Shown: positions 19,417-25,594 of the stretch, piece by piece
Position numbering within the stretch: the stretch's first letter is position 1
Layout: every line of letters starts with the position of its first letter
Virus record (IMG/VR): IMGVR_UViG_3300027820_000416
Coordinates: 1-28,347 of that record
From: a virus
Lineage: Duplodnaviria; Caudoviricetes
Direction: 5' to 3' (one strand)
Length of the DNA: 28,347 nucleotides
Position numbers and translations under genes: made by a program
The notes under the pieces: generated by a model
The model's input: the letters and a program-made list of their open reading frames with translations, nothing else
Told to the model about the DNA's origin: nothing
The model's database searches: none

Positions 19417-20506
19417 GAAGCGACCGAACGGGGACGGCAGCATCTTTAAGGTCGGTAACAAGTGGCGGGCCGTCATTTCACTCGGTGTCATCAATGGACG
19501 TCGCGTGAGGCGTTCGAAAACAGCGCGAACGCGCGAAGAAGCGCGGAAGTTTCTGAGGGAATTGCAAGCCAAGGTCGATGCCAGCCAAATCGACGCGAAG
19601 GACATGACCATAGCTGAGTGGTTTCAGTTGTGGTTGTCATCGGTGGTGGACCCGAACCATTCAGAATCGACGCGCTACAGCTATCGTCGCCATGTTGAGA
19701 GATTTCTGATTCCCGCAATCGGTCATTACAAGCTGTCGGCATTAGCTGCAGTCCACATTCGGGAGATGCTGAATTCCATCACCGCGCCGAGTCATCGCGC
19801 GATTTCGTATTCGGTCCTCTTGACCGGATTGACGCAAGCGGTCCAAGACGGACTTCTCTCTGCAAACCCTTGCGACAGCGTTAAGAAGCCACCTTCGGGA
19901 AGGAAGGATATTCGACCATTCACACCCGAGGAGACGCAGAAAATACTTGAGGAGACCGAAGGCAACCGACTTCATGCGTTCTATCGATTGGCTTTGTCAT
20001 TCGGTGTACGACAGGCGGAGCTATGCGGACTGGAATGGAGCGCGGTTGATTTCGAAGAGGGAACTTTCACCATCGATAAACAGGCCGTTCTAGTTCAATC
20101 GGATATCCACTTTCGAAAACCAAAGACGAAGGCTGGCGTTCGAACGATCCGGTTGACCCCTAAGACTGAAAAGGCATTGCAGGAACGCCGGGCCATTGCA
20201 CTGAAGGAAGGACACGCCAGTTCGAAATTGGTCTTCACCAACACGAAGGGTGGAGTCGTCAGTCGCAAATCATTCTGGACGCACAACTGGAAGCCCCTGC
20301 TGGCTCGCCTGGGAATCGAGCACCGCGGATTCCATCACACACGGCACACAGCGGCCACCGCCATGCTCACAGATGGCGTCCCGGTCTTGGTGGTTTCAGG
20401 GATTCTTGGTCATGCCACACCCTCGATAACGCTCGACATCTACGCTCACTATTTGCCGGACCAGCAAGATGCCGCAACCGCATCGGTCACCCGGCTTTTG
20501 GGGTGA
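19397..20506 (+). CDS. int: Tyrosine integrase
   Basis: N-terminal RPNGDGSI arm-binding region; catalytic R (GVRQAE), K (KPKT), HxxR (FHHTRH), LGH and Y (IYAH); GTG 19397 has a GGAGG RBS. Confidence 0.93.
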   Translation: MRKLTSKKRPNGDGSIFKVGNKWRAVISLGVINGRRVRRSKTARTREEARKFLRELQAKVDASQIDAKDMTIAEWFQLWLSSVVDPNHSESTRYSYRRHVERFLIPAIGHYKLSALAAVHIREMLNSITAPSHRAISYSVLLTGLTQAVQDGLLSANPCDSVKKPPSGRKDIRPFTPEETQKILEETEGNRLHAFYRLALSFGVRQAELCGLEWSAVDFEEGTFTIDKQAVLVQSDIHFRKPKTKAGVRTIRLTPKTEKALQERRAIALKEGHASSKLVFTNTKGGVVSRKSFWTHNWKPLLARLGIEHRGFHHTRHTAATAMLTDGVPVLVVSGILGHATPSITLDIYAHYLPDQQDAATASVTRLLG

Positions 20507-20514
20507 TATTGATT

Positions 20515-20735
20515 CTCGTGGCTGTCCGGTGGCTGCCTGCGAGTTGCGAGTTGAATCGCAAGTTGTTTTTTCAAATGAGGTTACAACTCGCAGTGGACAT
20601 TCTTTAGGCTAATGACCCAGATGCTCTTTAGTAGTGTTTAACCCTGTATTTTGTAGGGGTTAAGAGAGCTTCTGCGGTCATTGTAACGACCCAAAATTGT
20701 TCACTTATATTTAGCTCGTGGCTGTCCGGTGGCTG
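20515..20735. other. Putative attP: two exact 21-bp direct repeats (CTCGTGGCTGTCCGGTGGCTG at 20515-20535 and 20715-20735) flanking an AT-rich core with inverted repeats
   Basis: Each repeat holds tandem GTGGCTG units (arm-type sites); lies immediately after int. Confidence 0.7.
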
Positions 20736-20826
20736 TTTCAGGATGGGCCTTAGACGTGGGCTGTTAAATGGTTCCAGTCGCGTCGATTTCTCAATTCTCC
20801 ACGAATGCCGTCAAGGGAGGAATCCT

Positions 20827-20884
20827 GGATAAATCGTGACATTTTTTGCCCGAAACCCAGGTTATTTCGGACAAATCGTGACAT
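20827..20884. repeat. Direct repeat GGA(T/C)AAATCGTGACAT x2 upstream of excisionase
   Basis: 20827-20842 and 20869-20884, 15/16 identical, 42 bp apart. Confidence 0.6.
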
Positions 20885-20958
20885 CTCAGAATCACCAAAA
20901 AATCGTCGGTAAAATATGCCTGCACAAGACGGGACAAGCAAAAAGGTTACCCGAAAAA

Positions 20959-21177
20959 ATGAAACAGAACACCACAGAAAAAGAGTTTGCTCCTGCTGGA
21001 GTGATGACGATCAACGAGGCCTGTGAACGTCTTCGAATGGGGCGAACAAGTCTCTGGAAAAGGCTCAAGTCTGGCCAGATCGATTCTCGCAGGGATGGGG
21101 ATAACCAACGCGCTCGAGTGAAGATCTGCCGTCAATCGGTGGAAGATTATCTCGCAAATCTTCCCGACGCTTATTGA
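20959..21177 (+). CDS. Excisionase-like HTH protein
   Basis: MTINEACERLRMGRTSLWKRLKSGQI...KICRQSVEDYL pattern (HTH_17-like), next to attP. Confidence 0.8.
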   Translation: MKQNTTEKEFAPAGVMTINEACERLRMGRTSLWKRLKSGQIDSRRDGDNQRARVKICRQSVEDYLANLPDAY

Positions 21178-21188
21178 ACAATCAACAC

Positions 21189-21263
21189 CGGGGAGTGGGG
21201 AAGTCTGGTCATCCCGCGTGGCTCATGACCACGAGATCGCAAGTTCAAATCTTGCCTCCCCTA
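21189..21263 (+). tRNA. tRNA-Met(CAT), initiator-like
   Basis: Full cloverleaf: acceptor CGGGGAG/CTCCCCT (C1:U72 mismatch), D stem GGGA/TCCC, anticodon stem CGTGG/CCACG with loop CTCATGA, T arm GCAAG-TTCAAAT-CTTGC; CCA not encoded. Confidence 0.88.
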
Positions 21264-21284
21264 TTTTTCAAACCGGAGCGAACC

Positions 21285-21500
21285 ATGAGCGATTTCATCT
21301 CAATCAACGATGCACTGCCGCCGCTGCACGGAAGACTGCCGGTGACCGGGATCGAAGTTTCGCGGCTTTGCGATGTAAGACTGTCTAACGGTCGTGTTAC
21401 GCAAGCAAAATACTACCGTGACGGCCAATGGGGTGAGAGAGGGTTCGTTCTGCATGGCGTTGTTGCTTGGCGGTTTGCCGAACCGGCAAGCGTGAGTTGA
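21285..21500 (+). CDS. Hypothetical phage protein (DUF551-like N-terminus)
   Basis: RBS GGAG; MSDFISINDALP...VVAWR. Confidence 0.6.
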   Translation: MSDFISINDALPPLHGRLPVTGIEVSRLCDVRLSNGRVTQAKYYRDGQWGERGFVLHGVVAWRFAEPASVS

Positions 21501-21594
21501 TTTTTCACTGCTGAAACAAAAACCAATGAGGCCAACTGCGTGAGAGTTACGTTCATACGGAACCGAAGTCTCATGAGGAGATTAGTTGAAACGT

Positions 21595-21656
21595 GTCATG
21601 GCTAGGAAAGGCGTGGCGAGTCCGGCCCTTTCAGGTCAAGGAAAGGCAAGGTTTTT
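21595..21656 (+). ncRNA. Pentamer-periodic putative guide RNA unit 1 (12 units)
   Basis: GTC at GGC ta GGA aa GGC gt GGC ga GTC cg GCC ct TTC ag GTC aa GGA aa GGC aa GGT tttt. Confidence 0.7.
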
Positions 21657-21673
21657 AATTACAGGAACAAGAA

Positions 21674-22333
21674 ATGCGAAAAATCAAAGTGGCGGAATTG
21701 ACAGAGGATTTCTCTCTGTACCCACGGCAAAGTGTGGATTCTCAACACGTCGCGGAATTATGTGCTGCGATTGAATCGGGGGCGGAGTTGCCAGCTATCA
21801 CAATCGACAAAAAGTCGAAGCGAATCATTGATGGGTTTCATAGGTCACGGGCGGCGGTTCGACTCGATCCTGACAACGCAGAGGTGATGTGCATTGAAAA
21901 AACATACCGCACGGTTGCGGCAATGTTTGAAGACGCAATGCGACTGAATGCTGGCCACGGTCGCAGGCTGACGGCGGTTGATAAGACTCACTGTGCGGTC
22001 AAAGCCGCTGAGTTGGGGGTAGACCCTGAAATTGTTGCTGGCGTTCTTCATGTCGATGCAAGCAAGCTCGGCAAGCTAACGGTGGCGAGGACCGCAAAGT
22101 ACGGAAAGCAGGTTGTCAGCTTGAAGCGTCCGTTGATGCATCTCTCAGGGACAAAACTGACTAAATCTCAGTTCCAGGCGAATAGCGGAGCGGCGGGAAA
22201 CGATCAAAGGTTTCTGGTGAATCAGCTTCTTTCGTTTGTGCAGTCGAACTCGATTGATACGAGCGATGAAAAGCTGATGGCTTCTCTGGATAAGTTGCGA
22301 GATGCACTCAATGGGATGTTGGTTGGGGCGTGA
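21674..22333 (+). CDS. ParB/Srx N-terminal domain protein
   Basis: LYPR...LPAITI...IIDGFHRSRAA motif, then N..HG..LT..D helical region. Confidence 0.8.
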   Translation: MRKIKVAELTEDFSLYPRQSVDSQHVAELCAAIESGAELPAITIDKKSKRIIDGFHRSRAAVRLDPDNAEVMCIEKTYRTVAAMFEDAMRLNAGHGRRLTAVDKTHCAVKAAELGVDPEIVAGVLHVDASKLGKLTVARTAKYGKQVVSLKRPLMHLSGTKLTKSQFQANSGAAGNDQRFLVNQLLSFVQSNSIDTSDEKLMASLDKLRDALNGMLVGA

Positions 22334-22344
22334 AATGACAGGCC

Positions 22345-22597
22345 ATCGCGTCGAGCCTTTGCAATGCATGACGTTGCTCTGTGGGGAGAGGTGAGGCGCT
22401 GCACTCCAAGGCAAGGCAAGGTTTATTGAAACAGCAGAATTAACTGGGCGGGACGGGCCTAGCAGCGGCAAGGCTGGGCGTCGCAAGTCTAGGATTTCCA
22501 AGGCATGGTTTATTGAAACAGTGAAATTAACTCCGTGCCAATCACAGGACTGGCACGGCGGGTCGGGGCGATGACGGGAGTGTCAAGGCAAGGTTTT
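22345..22597 (+). ncRNA. Tandem array of three pentamer-periodic putative guide RNAs (units 2-4) with conserved 26-nt linkers
   Basis: Tracts 22345-22422, 22447-22509, 22532-22594; linkers GGTTTATTGAAACAG(CAG/TGA)AATTAACT at 22420-22445 and 22507-22532. Confidence 0.75.
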
Positions 22598-22620
22598 CTC
22601 TTACTTAAAGGACGCGAAGA

Positions 22621-23196
22621 ATGGCGATTGTGAATCACGTATTCCGGATCACTGGGGTCAGTCCCCTGTTGCAGAACAACCCAGCGGAGACGCTAGTTGA
22701 CAACGACGAAGGTCAGATCAAAGCGAAGAAGAAAAAGTACAACGATGCAGATGAGGCCAAAATGCGGACCTACAAAGAAGGCCGCAATTACGTGCATCCA
22801 TCAGCCGGATTTCGAGCGGGAATTTTACGGGCTGGAGTGGGAAGAAAAATCGGGAAAACCGCAGCGAAAAGCGTGCTAGCTGGTGCGGTTTTCCCGATTG
22901 AGGAGTTTGTGGTTCTCATCGATCCGAAGACGGGCAAGCCTTTGAAATCCTATGAGATTGACAAACGTCCGGTCGTCATTGGCACAAGCAGAATCCTGCG
23001 TTGCCGTCCCAAGTTTACGCCGTGGGCGTGCGACTTGGCAATGGAGATTGATGAAGACTTTGTCAGTGAGGAAACGGTTGCGGAAATGCTGAATATTTCA
23101 GGACGCATTTGCGGTCTTGGAGATTTCCGACCGGATACGAGCGGTGGAAAAAACGGCTGTGGAACGTTTGGGAGGTACACGGCGAAAGTTAAGTAA
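22621..23196 (+). CDS. Stand-alone Cas7/RAMP-like protein (putative effector of the pentamer-repeat RNAs)
   Basis: RAMP hallmarks: first strand FRITGVSPLL, VHPSAGFRAGILRA (cf. IPGSSLKG), RCRPKF..W, Gly-rich C-terminal loop GRICGLGDFRP...GCGTFGRY; RBS AAGGA. Confidence 0.72.
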   Translation: MAIVNHVFRITGVSPLLQNNPAETLVDNDEGQIKAKKKKYNDADEAKMRTYKEGRNYVHPSAGFRAGILRAGVGRKIGKTAAKSVLAGAVFPIEEFVVLIDPKTGKPLKSYEIDKRPVVIGTSRILRCRPKFTPWACDLAMEIDEDFVSEETVAEMLNISGRICGLGDFRPDTSGGKNGCGTFGRYTAKVK

Positions 23197-23208
23197 GAAA
23201 CATTTCTG

Positions 23209-23276
23209 GGACGGCAATGGCGAGACGTAGAGCGCCTCGTTTAGGAGCGTCTAGGTAGGTCAAGTCAAGGCTTTAA
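23209..23276 (+). ncRNA. Pentamer-periodic putative guide RNA unit 5 (13 units)
   Basis: GGA cg GCA at GGC ga GAC gt AGA gc GCC tc GTT ta GGA gc GTC ta GGT ag GTC aa GTC aa GGC tttaa. Confidence 0.68.
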
Positions 23277-23356
23277 CGCGGTTGGCATGGTGCCGAATCA
23301 CCCAAGGGCCTCATAAGCCTTTCGGAGATTCGCCGGATCGTTACCGGCAACCGCAC
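23277..23356 (+). tRNA. Atypical tRNA-Met(CAT)-like element
   Basis: Acceptor CGCGGTT/AACCGCA (C1:A72), anticodon stem AGGGC/GCCTT with loop CTCATAA, T stem GCCGG/CCGGC but non-canonical loop ATCGTTA and irregular D arm. Confidence 0.6.
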
Positions 23357-23390
23357 TGTCACCGGGGGTTTGTCTCTGGGTTGATGCGGG

Positions 23391-23427
23391 CTGCATGGAC
23401 GCGGGCGGTCGTCGTATGACGGAACAT
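23391..23427 (+). promoter_or_regulatory. Putative CsrA-binding GGA hairpins in the csrA leader
   Basis: CTGC-ATGGAC-GCGG and ATG-ACGGAA-CAT stem-loops with ANGGAN hexaloops. Confidence 0.55.
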
Positions 23428-23483
23428 CGAGCGCACGACGGCCGCCACTCTTTTAACAGGAATCTTATTTCAAGGAGGAAACC

Positions 23484-23669
23484 ATGTTGGTTTTGACGAG
23501 AGGTTGCGACGAAACGGTTGTGATTGGTGAAGACGAAATTCGAGTGACGGTCGTGGAAGTTCGCGGTGACAAGGTGAAGCTTGGCTTCTCTGCTGCCAAG
23601 ACGATCCCGATTCATCGAGAGGAAGTCTACGACGCGATTCAGCGTCAGGAATCATTGCCGTGCGGATAA
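23484..23669 (+). CDS. csrA: Carbon storage regulator CsrA/RsmA homolog
   Basis: MLVLTR...IG..I.VTVVEVRGDKVKLG..A...IPIHREEVY; RBS AAGGAGG. Confidence 0.93.
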   Translation: MLVLTRGCDETVVIGEDEIRVTVVEVRGDKVKLGFSAAKTIPIHREEVYDAIQRQESLPCG

Positions 23670-23693
23670 ACGGAACCGCATGACGCGGTTTCA

Positions 23694-23737
23694 CAGCAGG
23701 GATGGTGGCTCACGGTCGGGTCCGGTCAGGGATGACC
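23694..23737 (+). promoter_or_regulatory. Putative CsrA-binding CAGGGATG hairpins downstream of csrA
   Basis: CAGC-AGGGAT-GGTG (imperfect) and GGTC-AGGGAT-GACC (perfect). Confidence 0.55.
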
Positions 23738-23840
23738 TTTTCAATTTCTGGAACAAAACAAAAGGCATCCCCATGATCATCGAACTTTTAATCATCGCGA
23801 TCGCGTCTGTCGTGATCGATCTCTACAGAGGGAGGATTGT

Positions 23841-24629
23841 ATGACGGTTACCACAGAACAACCGACCGCCGAAGTTGAAACCGAACAACAATCACCCGCA
23901 TCGTTGTTGCGTTCACTATTCAAGGCTCAAAAAGCAATCGAACCGATTGTGAAGGATGCGGAGAACAGTCACTCACGATATCGCTACGTCAGTGCTGAGT
24001 TGATCATCACCGAATCCCGTGCAGCACTGCTGGGAGCCGGCCTAGTGGCCCGCCGCGCGTCCTGGAGTATCGAGAAGGATACTTTCGACGGCTACGCAAT
24101 GGTGATGATGCGTTTCATTCTCACAGATGTCGAAACCGGAGAGCAAATCGAAAACAACGTCTGCTTCCCGGCGCGTGAACGGAACGGCATGCCCTTAGAC
24201 AAAGCGGTCGCCGCTGCACTCACTGGAGGCTTCGCCTACTGGCTGCGTGACCTGCTGTTGATCCCACGCGTGGATGAGGAGATGGACCGGCGCAACGATG
24301 CGGATTTCAACCCGCAACAAGAACAGCAGGGACGACATCACGAACAGCAAACGCAACAGCAGCCACAAAATCATCAGCAGAAAACTGAGGAACCGCCAAG
24401 TTCGAAATTGGTTTGGTGGAATTGGTGCAAAGAGCGGAACTTCTCCGTTGATGACGGCAAAGGTTGGTGGCAGATCATCGAGCAATTCAACGTTCCCGTT
24501 GAAGAGGCTCAAAAGATTGCCGTTCAAACCATGAACGATGACGGCACTTACAGCTTCCCGAAGTGGTGTGATTTGGTCGAGTCGCGCTACTCGCAAAAGC
24601 AGACTGAGACTGAAGGAGCGGCGCAGTGA
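23841..24629 (+). CDS. ERF-family single-strand annealing protein
   Basis: L.KAQ..I..I.KDA.N....Y.Y...E and A...ALT....Y.L..LL.IP...E.D motifs. Confidence 0.78.
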   Translation: MTVTTEQPTAEVETEQQSPASLLRSLFKAQKAIEPIVKDAENSHSRYRYVSAELIITESRAALLGAGLVARRASWSIEKDTFDGYAMVMMRFILTDVETGEQIENNVCFPARERNGMPLDKAVAAALTGGFAYWLRDLLLIPRVDEEMDRRNDADFNPQQEQQGRHHEQQTQQQPQNHQQKTEEPPSSKLVWWNWCKERNFSVDDGKGWWQIIEQFNVPVEEAQKIAVQTMNDDGTYSFPKWCDLVESRYSQKQTETEGAAQ

Positions 24630-25582
24630 AAGCCACTATTGAAGAACGAAATCCCAAAGACCTGAAGAACCACCATGACAACATCGGCTTGTACGGTGAC
24701 AAACCGGACCAGGAGTTTATCGAGAAGGTCGCCAAGCACGGAATTACGACCCCTTTGACGATCCTGCCCGACAACACTGTTGTCTGCGGTCACCGTCGTC
24801 GTCAGGCCGCGATGATCAACAAAATGAAGACGGTCCCGGTATTCGTCCGCCATGATCTCTCCGATCCGTTGGACATCCAAGAGCTTCTTGTGCTGGACAA
24901 CGCGCAGCGGGTGAAGACAACCGAGCAGAAAGCTCGGGAGTATAAGTTGCTCAAAGAGATCGAAGCGGAACGGGCCAAAGGGCGTCAGTCTCATGGAGAA
25001 ACCGCCCCCGGCAAACGCTTAGGGGAAAATTCCCCTAAGCGTTCAAAGGGCAAAAAAACAGGGAAAAAAGGTAAATCCTCAGATGCAGCCGCTGAAAAAG
25101 TCGGCATGTCGAGCAAGACGGCCGAAAAGGCAGCAAAGGTCGTGGACGCGATCGACGAAGCCGAAGCGGCGGGTGACACCGAGAAGGCTGACCAACTGCG
25201 TGGAACATTGAACAAGAACGTTTCAGCCGCACATCGTGAAGCTCAACAGGAACCAGGACGGGAAGAGATTCCGGAAGATGACCTGGCGGTTCTGATTCCC
25301 AACTGGGCGAAGGGTTTTGACCGGCTGTCTCGTGAATTCACGAAGTTGCTCAAAGAGGCGGAATATCTGGGCAAGTCTGAAGGGGGCGAGCATCTCGACT
25401 CGAATCGGATTCAAGAACTGACAGCAAAAGTTAAAAGCTGCCAAGCCGTCATCAAGGCATGCAAACCGGCTGCCGTCTGTCCCTACTGCGAAGCCGACAT
25501 TCGCAAGGTTGCGAAATGCGATCCCTGCCGTGGGGCAGGATATGTCACGAAGGTCATCGCCGAAGCTGCTCCCCGGAAATAA
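24626..25582 (+). CDS. ParB-like domain protein with C-terminal zinc finger
   Basis: GITTPLTI...VVCGHRRRQAA, N.QR motif, HTH-like AAEKVGMS, C-terminal CPYC/CDPC. Confidence 0.8.
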   Translation: MKATIEERNPKDLKNHHDNIGLYGDKPDQEFIEKVAKHGITTPLTILPDNTVVCGHRRRQAAMINKMKTVPVFVRHDLSDPLDIQELLVLDNAQRVKTTEQKAREYKLLKEIEAERAKGRQSHGETAPGKRLGENSPKRSKGKKTGKKGKSSDAAAEKVGMSSKTAEKAAKVVDAIDEAEAAGDTEKADQLRGTLNKNVSAAHREAQQEPGREEIPEDDLAVLIPNWAKGFDRLSREFTKLLKEAEYLGKSEGGEHLDSNRIQELTAKVKSCQAVIKACKPAAVCPYCEADIRKVAKCDPCRGAGYVTKVIAEAAPRK

Positions 25583-25594
25583 AGACCAGAACCA

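Noticed and set aside
21174-21284. N-terminal extension of the 108-aa ORF
   Set aside because: Overlaps the tRNA; the real start is probably ATG 21285 with a GGAG RBS.
21530-21594. Possible upstream extension of pentamer unit 1
   Set aside because: Only 7 of 13 in-phase triplets start with G, some end in G, and there is no terminal AAGGCAAGGT motif; at best a decayed unit.
21586-21774. 62-aa ORF over unit 1 (likewise 22145..22501 and 22222..22419 on the minus strand)
   Set aside because: They overlap the periodic non-coding tracts and the ParB-like gene, with no recognisable protein features.
22420-22532. Classical CRISPR array (two 26-nt repeats containing ATTGAAAC)
   Set aside because: Only two copies, the 'spacers' are about 60 nt and internally 5-periodic, and no cas1/cas2; better explained as linkers of the pentamer arrays.
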